Part shown: one piece after another, positions 1 through 13,100 of the stretch
Layout of the letters: each line of letters starts with the position of its first letter
How positions within the stretch are numbered: position 1 is the first letter of the stretch
Assembly: GCA_013239625.1 (NCBI GenBank)
Contig: MU054323.1
Coordinates: 9,703,186 to 9,767,185, forward strand
From: Lama guanicoe
Lineage: Eukaryota
Direction: 5' to 3'
Length of the DNA: 64,000 nt
Position numbers and translations under genes: made by a program
The notes under the pieces: model-generated
The model's input: the letters and a program-made list of their open reading frames with translations, nothing else
What the model was told of the DNA's origin: nothing
Databases searched by the model: none

Positions 1-885
1 CACAAGCCAAGGGCGAGGAAGCCACCTTTCACTCCTTAATTAGACTGAGCAGACTCAGGCCACAGTGCAGAGAGATGCTCTGCTGGGCTGACACATGAGC
101 GAAGCATAAGGACAAGTGAGGCAGGCGGTGCCCTGTCAACTCAGCCAGTGAATTTCACCAAGGGCCTGGGAATCAGGAGGTTCCCCGCAAGGCCAGGGAT
201 AAACCAGATACTGGTCCTGCCTTCAGCCCTTGCCATCCAGCAGGGGAGGTTGAGACCTGGTGTTCTGGCCTCCAGGATCTGATTGAAGGGGGATATTGAT
301 GGCCCAAGTGATGGGAGGGTCCCCTGGCAAAGGGTTCTGAAAAAGGACACCCTTATGACTTGGTGACTGTCCCAGCTCAGGCTACGTTTGGCCCTGTCTA
401 CCTTTAAATGGTAGGAAAAAAAGAAATGAAGTGGTGTATTTGGGGGTGTCTAGGAAGATGGCCCTGAAACCACAAGCACAGCTGTTGCTTTACCTGGTTT
501 CTCAGTTTGTCCCAATTACTTTACCCTTTGACCCACCTGATTGCAAGATCTGATTGCCCCTCATTAAGCAGAGAGTAACCAGGGGTCTCACCTGGCCAGA
601 GGTGCAGCAGAAGGCTGGGCAGTGAAGGCAGACCATGCACCTAAGTGCTCTCAGAGGTAGGGCTGAGCTGTAGCTTTCAGGGAGTCCAGCCTACCTGAGG
701 TGGGGTCGGGGGAAGCAGAGTGCCGGGCCTGGGAGTGCTGCTAGGTGGCCAAGCCAGCAGAGGAGAACTTGGCCTTCCAAGGAGAAAGTGCCCCAGGGGC
801 ATCCAGGCCCGAGCTCAGCCCAGCCGTCATGCAACCCCAGAACCTCAGAGCCCTTCGTATCTAACCATGCCCTCGCTCACCACGG

Positions 886-990
886 CCATTTTGCAGATGG
901 GAAAACTGAGTCTCAAGGAGGTTAAACAGACTTTCCTAAGGTTACATGGTCAGTATGTGGCAGAGTGCCCGGGAGCCTAGGTGCTCCAGC
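886..990 (-). mobile_element. MIR SINE fragment
   Basis: ccattttgcagatgggaaaactgagtctcaaggaggttaa matches the reverse complement of the MIR core. Confidence 0.8.
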
Positions 991-2153
991 CCCATAGCCT
1001 GTGCCCTATGTTCTGACCCCACTGGAAACCCAGAGAGGGAGCGAGCGAGGACAGAGTGGGTACACAGGAGACCTAAGACAAAATGGCAGGCAGATTTATG
1101 TGAGAAAGTCCAAGGTCATGTTTGATCCCAAGGAAGCAATGCATTACGGGTGCCTTTAATTTGGAAAGCAGTTCTCGTTCAAAGATGTGACACCAGGTGT
1201 TCCCATTTTGTTGTTCATTATCACAGACCCTCCTGACACATGGGGGAGTGTTCGCCCCAGCCGCTCACCCTCTCACACAGACACGTACGCACGCAAGCTC
1301 CCTGGCCTCTCCATCCGGCCTCAGAGCTTTCAGTTTTCCCCCATGTGTGGGGATGGGCTCCTATCCCAAGCTGGTCAGAGCTCAGAAAAGGAGGCTCATT
1401 AGTCTGGTTTGAGGATAAAGGGGCCCTGACTTCCAGCCCGGTTCCCCTCCCCCTTCTGCTGCCTGCACAGTGGCAGCTCCCTTCAAAGGCAGCCCTTTTA
1501 AAGCTGCCTTCTGGATTCCATTCCCCCCAAAGCCCCAGGCTCTTGTGGATGGAGGCAAAAAATGGGGGGGCTGGGGTGAGGCAGCACCACCTCCCCACCG
1601 TGACACTCTCCCCTCTGCACTCCCCTCTCTCAGGAGCAAGACACAACCTAACTGCTCCTGACAGCGCTATTTTTAGTGGTCCCCTGGCTGTCAGCTCTGG
1701 GACATGTTCTCGGTGTGTTCCCCGGAGCCTTCCCGCCCTGCTGTCACTCAGGAGGAGGAGGGGGCCTGCCTGGTCCCATCCCAGCACAGTCTTCCTAACT
1801 AGTTGGTAGCGCACGACAGTGAAAAGCTTTGACATCCCTGAGCTCAGGTTCAAATCCCAGCCACTTCAGCCACGAGACCTGGGGGAGCTGGCTTAACCCT
1901 CCAGCCTCAGTTTCCCCTTCATACACACACCTATGATGCTTAGCTCCTGGCCCAGCCTCGCACTTGAGGGATGTTAAGTTTTTGCAGCTCCACTCACGTT
2001 CAGGGACCTGCTACGAGGCTGAGCTCCCAGCCCAAGACAGGTCCTGCTTGGGGACAGGGGCAGCGACCCTGGCATCTCACCCCAGAGGGGGTCAGTCTCC
2101 ACAGGTGACCTCTGGCCGTCAAGACCACAGGCTCAAACCAGCTCTCTCTTTAG

Positions 2154-2244
2154 CCCTTTCAGATGTCATCAGACACTTCAATCCATCTGTCCTGCAGCCC
2201 GTGTGTGCCCCTGTGAAGGCGGTCATGCCCTACAGTGGTGCTGA
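2154..2244 (+). CDS. PLB1: PLB1 exon, repeat I (91 nt)
   Basis: tttag|cc...gctga|gtaag; [29 protein letters not shown]. Confidence 0.95.
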
Positions 2245-5200
2245 GTAAGCCCCTTTTCTGGCTCTCTTCCAGGGTGTATGAGCCTGTTAGTCTTGGGCAT
2301 CTAGATGGGAGGATTGGGGATGGGGAGCTGGAAAGAGGCTTAAAAATTAAGATCTCTGTTAAGTCAAAGTCAACATGTATCTCTTGCACAGATTTTAGTC
2401 TGCTTGATGGGCCTACCTTGAAAAATTAAGTCAAGGTCTGCCTTCTAGAGCCCAGGAGTGGTGCAGCGTAGCCTCTCACTCAGAGACTGGCACCTGGGCT
2501 GGGGCAAGGGGCAGGCTTCCAGCTCTCAACAAAGTGGTATTTAACTGATTTTTCTCTCTGCTTCCTTCCCTCTGTGCAGAGACCTGTGGATTCAGGCAGA
2601 AGAACTGGTGAGGAGCATGAAAGAGAACCAGGTAAGAATCCATCAAGCTCTGGTTGGGACGGTCCCTGTCTGCGGCGAGGCAATCAGCCCAAACACACCG
2701 GGCTGCCGCAGCTCTGGGGCCATCCTGCCCTGAGCTTGGCAACCAGTGTGGCCGGGCCCTCCATGAACGCCCTTCCCATGGTGACTCTCTGGAGGCTGTA
2801 AACACACAGGGCCACTCCTTATGTTCCCAGTCTGGTCCTGCCAAAAATCAGCACATGGACTAAAGGACTCACAGCTCAGGGAGGTGGCTGAGAGCTTGAG
2901 TTCCAGGCAGAGACCTGTGTGAGTGCGAATCCTGAATTTCCTCCTGTTAGCTGTGCGATGTTGAGTAAGGCACTTAACCTCTCGAAGTCTCAGTTTTCCC
3001 ATTTATGAAGTGAGGGTTATAAAAGGGCCTGCAGTTCAGGGCTTAGGGTGGATTAAAGGAGGTGTTGAGGTGCCTGGCACAGAGGCAGGGCTCAGTGCAA
3101 GCTGCTGTCAGTGTCATCCAAGTGGCAACTGTTGTTGTTACTCGTTATCATTCCCGTTGCAGTTCTCGGGTGGAGGCTTCTGGAACACACATGCCGGGGC
3201 CCCCATCCCCGCTCTCTTGGCAGTTCAGACACTCTTTACTCAGTAACTCTCATATGGGCTGTTATAAGCCTCCTGAATTCAAGGCAAGCTTTGCTACCAA
3301 GCTGGCTCTAACCAGGGAGTGAGCCTGGCTCACTGGAGCTGAGGGAAACCCCTGTCTTGGCCAGCCATGCATTCATGAAAGAGTTCAGGCATTTGAGCCA
3401 GGTCGCTGCAGCTTGCACAAGGACAGGGACAAACGCAGGAGCTATGCTGTAAAGAGTTGTTTTCCTCCAACAGGAGAATTTCTGAATTTTTGGAACGATC
3501 TTATTCTGGAAAATAGCTGGGTGATCTTGAATCCAATATTTCGCAGACGAGGAAACCAAAATCAAAATTGCCTGATTCACATCCAATGCTGCCTCTTTAA
3601 AAAAAGTTTATTTTTTGTTCCATAAGTAACACATGTTCATCAGAGGAAGATCAGAAAACACAGATAAACAAAAGAACATTAAAACCATTCAAAACCATCC
3701 TTAAACCTGAGGACCAGAGATAATTACTGTTGACAATTTGATGTGTATTCCCTTCCATATTTTTTTGCAAGCACATATATCTGTATATATTTTATAAAGT
3801 AGAGATGTTATTAGATGTAGATGCTTTTTACAGTATGCTTTTCTCGTTATTTCTCCTGACAATAGCTATGTTTTTCAGCGTTGTTTTAACAAGCTACACG
3901 GTGTTTCAGCTTACAAGTGTTCCCCAGTTTCCACAGCAATCCTCTATTTTACACATCTACACTTTTTCTTATGAACAAGACTTCATCATTGTAGCTAAGT
4001 CTTTCACTCATCCTTGCTTCCTTAAAATATGTTTTGGGAAATTGAATTGTTGAATCAAATGGTAAGGCCTTTTAAAAAAAGTTTCTGATATCTTTTGCCA
4101 AATTGCCTTCCCATGCTTTACAGCTTTAACTTCCCACCACATACGTCTCCTTTCGAAAAAAAAAAAAATCCATACATGTGGTTTTATGGGGGTGGGTGTG
4201 TGAAATTGAAAGACATGAAAAGAAAGCTGCTCTCTCGGCCCCAGGTCTCACCACCATCTCTTTTTGGTGTTGTCCTTTTCTGCAGCAACTCGACTTTCAG
4301 AATGATTGGAAGCTCATCAATGTGTTCTTTGGCAACACGAGCCAGTGTCACCTGTGTCCCTCCACCCAGCAGGTAAACCACAGGCTGGGAGGCAGAGGGA
4401 CTGCCGGTGTTGGGCTGAGTGCAGAGGTAACAAGCTAAACCTGCCTTATCTCCACCTGGCAGGCTGGGCCCGAGGCACCTATTTCAGAGTTAGGGCAGGC
4501 AGGCAGGCAGGTAGGTAAATAGACAGGCAGGCAGACAGATATCTGAGGGCTCAAAGAACCATACTGAGGGCCAGGTATTTTTAACTTCCCATCCTTCACA
4601 TCATGAAAAGGAAGCTGAGGCAGATATAAGCTGAGTCAGTGGTCATTCTGCAGCTCAGGGAAATCCACTTCCTAGTTAAAAAAAAATCATTTTGCCTCTT
4701 TTAAATCTGATTTCATTTAAACACTGAATTTAGGAAATAAAGCAGGATGCGTGCTTTTGACATCACCTCTTGAACTCTAGTTCACCACGAGCTCTAGTTT
4801 TAATGGGAAGTTGTCTGGTTTTTGTGTCGGAAGATTGTATCTTCCAGGCTCTTTGGAGTTCCCAGGAAACAAGTGACTTTATTTGATATTTATGTAGGTG
4901 ACTGCCTATGACTTAAGTCTTTATTGAAGAGTGTTTAGGTTAGGATCAGTTGAAAGTGAGAGGGTGCTTAGATTCCTAGGCTATGGTGAAATAAATGGCA
5001 CACAGATGACTACTCAGGAGCCTGAAGCCTGATTGCCACCAAGCTGGCCCTGCCACTCACGGCAGTTCAATTACCTGCCCCCTTTCCTTTCAGCCGCCTT
5101 CTGGGGCCTCCATCAGGCCCTGGCACACACAAGGGTGAGGTTTCTTGAGGTGCTGTCATTTTCTTTTCTGTGCCCCTTTCCCAGACACATACTCTTGCCT

Positions 5201-8200
5201 TCCTCCAAATGCCCCATGCTCCTGGCCCACCACCAAACCCCTCCTTCCCTTAGTGACGTTGGGAGAATGCTGGTGGAAGCCCACCTTCCCTGCCCAGCTC
5301 TTGTTAGATGGTATCCCTGCAGACCTCCTGGGTTTATGGCATATAGATCTTGAAGCTCGTTTACTTCGCCTCTGTTTTCTCCCATGCCAAGTGAAGTTTA
5401 TATGCCCTGTTTACTTCTCTGCCTTCCCATCCCCAGTTTGGTCATTATGCAGATGAACATTTACTCACAAATCCATAGATTCATGAATTGAAGTGCTCAA
5501 ACAAGCATTTAGGCATTGTTGCATTCCTTTATATATCCATCCATCCATCCTTCCATCCATCCATCCATCCATCAGCTGTCTATTCATGCATAAATTCTCT
5601 CTTCTTACATGCAGGCACATGCCATTGTATTTATGATTAGTTTGTTCATACTAGCATTTGTCTGACCTTTTAGTATTTGAATCCATTCATTGATATTTAC
5701 CCTTATTCATAATTTCTTCCATATATGTTATTTTACATACAAGCATTCCTACATGAATTCTTGCATTCTTTCATGTATTTATTCCTCCAATACATTATAT
5801 GCATTCCTTTGTGCATGTGTCCATTTGTGCATTATTTACTTTTATTAATTTTTAGTAGCACAAGCAATGCACAGATGCTTCCTCCTCTTAAAAAACAAAA
5901 CATTACAGTTAAAGTTAAACTACCCTTCAGCCAGCAATCCTCTTCCTCTTTTTATTTCTCAGATTTTTACAAATATATAAATCTTAGTACTACTGTGTGT
6001 GTGTAAAGAGAGAGAGATTGAACATAAGTAGTATTATATATACTATGGAGCAATTTTTTTTTCACTAACCAAGTATTTTTGAGGTCTAGTCATGTTGATA
6101 TATATGGTCTGAGTGCATTCCTGTTGCTTACCAAATAGCATTCCCTTGTGTACATTTACTACATTTTATTTAGCTGTTTCCACGTTGATAGCCATTTAGG
6201 TGTTTCTAGTTTTTCACTATTAGGAACAATCTTGTTCATTTGAACATGTGTTTTTCTAAACACAATGATTGTATTTCATTGTATTCAATTACAGTGTAAT
6301 TTATTATATTTCAGATTATATATTGAAGTATATTAGTGGGTCAAAAATCAGTTTAAAGGATTGCAGCCAAAAATTATAAAAAACAGAAATTAAATAGAGT
6401 CAAGTATAAAATGTTAGAATTTGTTGCATGTAGGAAGGTAAGTTTTGGTTCATGATTATTTTTGCTCCATTTATATATAGATGTGTGTATACTGGGTTGT
6501 GATGTGAAACATGTCTCACATTGTGGATCATGATCTATTTTGATCAAACTACTTTGTTTGAAGAAAATTGCCTTGAGTAGATTCTTAAACATAGAATTGC
6601 TGGTCATCAGATACTTATACTTTAAGCCTTAAAGGACTGCCTAATTGCCCTCCAAAGTAGCTGAACCCATTTATATTTTTTTAATATCCTGGGACAGTCC
6701 CAACAGAGAAGGGCTTTTTCCGCACCACCAAGCAATTCTCAGACACTAGTTGAATGTGCTACAATTCAACTCAATTCTGACACTATCTACCCAGAGATAG
6801 CACCAGATCCCACAGGCTAAGGGCTCAATCCTACAAGACTCCCCCCGTTTCAGATGTCAATCCCAAGTCCAGGTTGTCACCTGAGGTTCTGACCGACTGG
6901 CTATAGATTGGAGGTTCCAATAAGCCCCAACTTGGGTTCAATTAATTTTCTGGAGTGGCTCACTGAACTCAGAGAAACATTTTACATACTAGGTTATTGG
7001 TTTATTAGAAAAGGATATAATTCAGGAACAGCCAGATGGAAGAGATGCATAGGGTTAGGTGTGGGGAAAGGGAGAGGAGCTTCCATGCCCTCTCCAGGTG
7101 TGCCATTCTGCCAGCGCCTCGTGTGTTCACCAACTGGGAAGCTCTCGGAACCTATCCCTTTGGGATTTTATGAAGTTTCATCACATAGTCATGACTGACT
7201 AAATGGTTGATTCGATTTCCAGCCTCTCTTCCTTCCCCAGAGATTGAGGGGAGGGGACTGCAATTCTCTAATCACACAGTTGGTTCCCCTGGCAATCAGC
7301 CCCCATCCTTAGGTGTGGTCCAAAAGTCATCTCATTAACATAACAAAATACAACTTTATGCTCTCCTCACTTAGGAAATGCCTATCATTTATGAGCTCTG
7401 TGCCATAAAATGGAACAAGGACCAAATAAACATTTCATATTATAAATCGCAGTTTCACCCATTCTCACCAGTGTCGGACAGCACCCGTTCCCTCTGATCT
7501 TCCCACTACTTGTTCTTCTCCAACCTAGTGATTTTGGTCAACATGTTAAGTTCCCTCAAGATCTAGTCTTGTTGATACATGTGGATTAAGTTCATTCACA
7601 CTTAGAACCTCGCACTTTTAATTGGCTGTAAACATATGACAAAAGTAATCATGCTTTGCCCCTGACTTCTAAATGGCTATATATACCAGTGACTTGATCT
7701 CTGTAAATTTAGCTCTGTAACAATATTCACTAGCATCCACTCAAATTCCCTCTTTATCACATTTTTCTTCCATCTCAATTTGCCTTTTGCACAAAGACCA
7801 CCAAGATCTGGAGCCTAGAATAAATCCCACCTCCACTTCCATTTCCCCCAGAGGACCTTGGGGCTCATAGGTCTGGCCCTCAGCCACGTTGGCCTGGGCT
7901 GGCCGGCTCCTCCCTTCACTGCCCCAGTCTTGCTTCTGCTGCTTAGACCCACCACTCGCTCCCTAGTCTTTCTGGTGATGCTTCTGGCTGCAGCTAACCC
8001 AGAACCCCCATCTGAGAAGCTCTGCACAGCACTTTTGCATTCGGGAAGCACATCCCAGGCACAGCCTCTCCCTCAGGGGCCACAGGAGGGGCTCTGAGGG
8101 CAAAGGCAAGGCTGGGACTGTGGGCTCCAGGCTCCCATCGACTTCACAGAGCAGCTCTGCCCTTACGTGTGGCATATGTATGTCAAGTTTCCTGACATAG

Positions 8201-10115
8201 TTCATATGAGAAAAAGGCATTTTACTGTTAAGAAGAAAAGTTAAACTCCTGTCCTGCCCTACTTAGGACCTGGAATGTTCCTGCCCTAACTGGCCTTTGG
8301 GCTCTTTTCACAGGGAGTAGACAATGGCCTGGGTCCACATTTGTTCCACATTTGTTCTTTAGGGGTTTCTTAAGACCAAAGTCATAAGAGAGTAAGGGCA
8401 GGAGCCATTTGTTCGGCAGCCACGATGCTTCTTCAAGGCTGCTATGGGGGGGTCAGCTGTTCAAAGGCAGGTGCTTCACAGGTAACTGGTAACCTGGCTC
8501 ATAGCAGTGACACGGGGATGCTTTCAGGGTCTGGACCCTTGTTTACTGCTCTCCAGTTAAAGTCTAGTTTTATTGAGCTAGTACGAACAAAAATCAGAAG
8601 AAGAGGGGAAAAAAAAGGAAAATAAAGCCTGACACTGCAAGAATTTTTTACTGAATCAGGTTTGTTTGTTCCAAGCACTGCAAGTCAAATGCTGAGACAC
8701 AGGTTTGCAGGGAGAAAGGATTTGTTCACTAGGAGACAGGATAACAAATCTAAAATCCCCCTCAGGATATTTATGGGATAAAGAAACAGGGTGGTCCAAG
8801 GCGTGGGCAGTGTGGGGAAGGCTGACGGGAGATCACGCAAAGGTGAGGCATGCTTCTTCATGGGATGCATGTTCAGAAAATGCTGGCGTTAGCATGTTCT
8901 GAGGGTGGAGTTTTGGGCCCTCTGACATCAAAGGTCACCGATGGGACACTCACACATGCCCTGTTGGACGCTTCCACCAGTCTTGTCCAGTTGGAGCTCA
9001 AGCCAGTGAACAGCTGACTCCAAGTTCCCAAAAAACAACTTGGGCGAACTTCTTACTGTTTAGGCTACGTAATGCTTGAAGGACATGCAAGTTTTGTGAA
9101 AACAAAGCGAGCTTTATCAGTGAAGGCAGGCTACAGTTCCTTATTTATTAAGCAGGTTATCATTTAATGGATCTAACTGATGACTGCAGTACCCTCCATT
9201 TCAAAAATATGCCCATTTATTAATTGCAGTTGCCTTTAGAAACAGGTGTCAGTATTTGGAGGGCGCACTGGCAGTCTGACTCAAGAAAACTTAAAAGTGT
9301 TTGTGTCTTTTGACTGAATAATCCTACTTCTTGGAATAAATCCCGGGGAAATAATTTGTTAGAGAAAGTGAAGTCTGGTTGCAGGCCCATGTTCGATAAT
9401 AGAGAATTCTTCTGATTCCGGGAGCAAAGGATGTAAATGGGAATGTACAAGTTCATTTGGAGAAATAAGCTTTTTCCTGACTTTGAGTAATAGAGGAGTT
9501 TATTATGTGTGACTTTACAGACAAGGGACATTTTATAGGAGCATGTTTTTCGCTAAGGAACAGGGACAGTTGGCACCCTGGGGACAACCATGCAGTGCCT
9601 GGAGAACCTGGGTGTGCCCTGATTCATTCTGCAGCAGTGAATCAGCACCTTGCAGTCTGAAGCAAGATTTGCAGTCCAAGGAAAACCATGCCGGGATTCC
9701 CTAGGGAAGAGGGATGCCCTGACTATGGTGCAGGTGGACAGCGAGGACCTTTCTAGACAGAGTTCCCAAGACTCTTTAGAAGGGGAAGTGCCATGTTGAA
9801 TGTCACTCTCAGGGAGAGCGAAAACGAGACAGAAGGCTTCATTGCTGGCTACAGCAGCAGAGTGGGCTGGACTGGCTTCCAGACGACAGCCTCACCCCAA
9901 AGCAGGGACACAGGAGTGGGGCCCTCCGTGCAGTCCCGGCTGAGTGATTGGCAGCTGTCTCCAGAGTTGCCGCCTGTGTCCCCCCAGGAACCAGAACGGC
10001 TGCTGGGCCTGCTTTGTCTTCTAGTCTGAGCCCAGTCGCCTCAGGGGACAGCCAGTTTCCAGGCAGCTTAGAAGTTTGTCTTGATGCAAAGTCTATTTTT
10101 GTTTGGATATATATG

Positions 10116-10147
<32 letters not shown>

Positions 10148-13100
10148 CACTGAAAGGTAAGCCAGGGTTCTTTTTTGGGGTGCTCTCGTTTGTTTATTTT
10201 CATTACCTGCAAGGAGTTGGGTGGGTAAGAGGTATCTTTAAATACTTGGTGACAGGAGCCCTTTTCATAGTGTAGATGTGGCAGGGAGAGGTCTGATAAG
10301 ATGCCACATAGAAGCCTAGAGGTCTGTCTGGGTCCTTAAATCCAAGTATAATTGTGTTCCCCTTGGACCTGATTTTCTTCAGATCAAAGTGATTCCATCA
10401 GGCTTTGGGAGTGAGTCCAGCCTGCTATCCCTCGTGTGAGCTTTAGAATCGCCGTGACCTTGGGTTTGCCCTTCCCTGACGTGGAACGTCTCATTTGAGG
10501 GAGTTTGCTTCTTCCTGGTGGCTGATGGGTTGGGGAAGTCAGAGATTAAACCAGAAACCTAGGAAGCCCTGGGAACTCAACACTTGTTTATGGGGAACTG
10601 GGGTCTAGACAGGGCCTTTGTCACTGTCATCTCAGTGGAGGGGAGTGGGGGGTTGGGGAGGGGAAGGAACAGGCCCCCGTGAGCCTGAGCATCCTTGGTC
10701 CCAGGTCCCCCATCCCCACTCACGCTCAGCACATTTTCTCCTGCAGCAAAGCCATGTGGCGAGCGGCATGAGCAGGCTGACGAGAACGCTGGACTACCTG
10801 CACCAGGAGGTGAGGCTGGCGGCTCCCCGACTGCGCAGGGCCATGCACCTGGGGGGAGCAAGCACCTGCAGCAGCCCAGAGGAGAAGCCCTTCTGCAGGC
10901 GGCTGGGGCAGGTTCCAGTTTCTTTCAAATGGCCTCCCCTGGGATGGGAAATAGACTCCCGTGGGGAGACCAAGACCCTAGGGAGAGGGAAGGCTCTGGA
11001 GGAGCCAGTCTTCTCACCCTTTTAATGAAAACACGGGTCAGGTCTCGAGCTCCTCACTCTTGCAAAGGCTATTCCTGAGAGGGACGCCTGGGGAGGAGGA
11101 AGGAGCACAGCCCAGTTCCTTTCTGGGGTCTCGGTGACCCGCTCTTTCCTGAGGGCTCTCTGTCTGAGTCTGGGGCAGGGACGGCCTGGAGGGGTCTTGA
11201 GAGCCTCAGGGCTTCCCTGGAGGGACCAGGATGAGCACTGCAGGTTCAGAGCGTCCCAGGGGGGCTCTGGGCTCTCACCTTCCCCACCATGCTGTGGGGG
11301 GAGGTGCCTGCCCCCCATGAAGGGCGGTGAATGACACTTTTCTGGAATGGCACAGCCAGCAGGGCTGGCAGCTTTGAACTGACCCCGACCAACCATCTCC
11401 CAAAGGGCCTGCCTGTTGAGCCAAGGAGAAGCCAGTTGTGCTCAGCCACACCCCAAACTGGGCTCAAGCCAGGGGCTCCAGAGAGGCTGCTGGGCAGCAA
11501 TAGTGACTTTGCAAATGCTCACCTTGTCCCTCGTGTCCCCCTAGGTCCCTAAAGCATTTGTGAACCTGGTGGATCTCTCTGAAGCTCTAGGGCGCTCTGA
11601 CTGGCATCAGGGGACTACACTCAGGTAAAAAGGGAAGTGGAAGGGGACCAGCATTTGTTGACTGGTGCCACGTGCCAGGCACTGTATGGGGCACTTCACA
11701 TGCATTAACTGACCCAAGGGATGGAGCCCAAGAGAGATGAAGCCACTTGTGTGAGATCCCATGGCCAGTGAGGCAGAGTCAGGCTGTGGGAGGGGCTCTC
11801 TGCCACGTACCCTTTGGGGGACTGAAGTATCCGGTCCGGCTGATGCAGCGTCAGATGCCCTACCCCCACCAGAATGATTGGAGAGTTTGAAAAACAGCTC
11901 GGGCAAAACCTCTGTAAGCCAAGAAGTGTTACTTCTGGAAACTGGAGAGACAATTTAGCCTAACTGTGTTTTATTTTCATGAAACTTGGTTCCCATATAT
12001 TTCTGAGATTTTTCATAGAAGTTAAACTTTTTGATCCCAAATCCTGAGAGTTCTGGCTTTATACCTGGAAAAGAAGTTCACGTGGATAAAGTGAGGGCAG
12101 GGACAGCTGGAGGTGATGCCAATGGAAAGGAGAGGACGGTGCTGAAGGAAAGGGGGGTTTGAAGAGGGAGGAAGGCTAAGGTGCTCAGAGTTGCGAGGAG
12201 AACTGGAGGTGGGTTCCCCACGTGTGGCTGGTGAGGGAGGCAGTGTATCGGGAGATGGAGTGAGAGAGTGTCTTCATAACATGCCCTTTATTCTCCCCAA
12301 CATGTGCTTCCTTCCTTCCTTCCTTCTCCCCGACCCTCTAAGTCTCCCAGATTCTCCTCCCCCGCCTCCCTAAGCAATCCCATTCCCAGCAGCACCCTCC
12401 TGTCCCCAAGGGGCAGCCTGAATGGCCCCGGCGCTGCGTCCACGCTCTCACTTCCGGCTTATTTTACCCTGCAGCCCCGCGGCAGAGACCTGCAGGTGCT
12501 CAGAGGAGACTTCGCGGCTGTCCAAGGCTGTGGCCCAGTGGTCCTATCAGGTGAGCTCACTCTGGGACATGGGCTGTTGGCCCTCGGTGGGTGGGTGGTC
12601 ATGAGAACAGGGGTGGTAGGAACAATCAGGGAGCGAGTTTGATATAGGACCTCTCCAGCTGAATTCAGGACTGCGAGTCAGGAACCAAAGACAGCTGCTC
12701 TTGGGTCACTTCCAGGTGGTGATGTGGTTTCCCCATATGTAAAGTGGGGACTACTACAATACTGATGAGGGTGAGAGTGGACACGGGTTGGGGGCGGTGG
12801 TGGTACCTAAGGTGAAAGATGGTGAAGAGCTTTGCAGATCCTTCTAAAATGCTTTTGATCGTCATCCCTGCTTGGACCACGCATCTGTGGCTAGTGAGCT
12901 TGTATGCCCAGGCCGGGCTCAGACCCCAGACTACAGTCAGGGTCTCCTGAAGATGTGCTTCTAGTTTACAGGAGAGACCCCAAGACAGTGTGGATGGGTC
13001 AATGGGAGCCTTTGTCCCTACCAGCAAACAGCTCAAAGCACAGTTCCCACTGACATGTGTTAACATGATGATTTTTATTTAAGAAGAAAGTTTTATATAT

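Noticed and set aside
1221..1853. Overlapping 210-aa (-) and 189-aa (+) ORFs
   Set aside because: GC-rich intronic sequence, low-complexity Pro/Ser/Gly/Leu composition, no recognisable domain.
1..2153. An upstream PLB1 exon in the first 2 kb (e.g. near ggacaa|gtgagg at about 115)
   Set aside because: No polypyrimidine acceptor and no PLB1-like translation; the preceding exon is probably outside the window.
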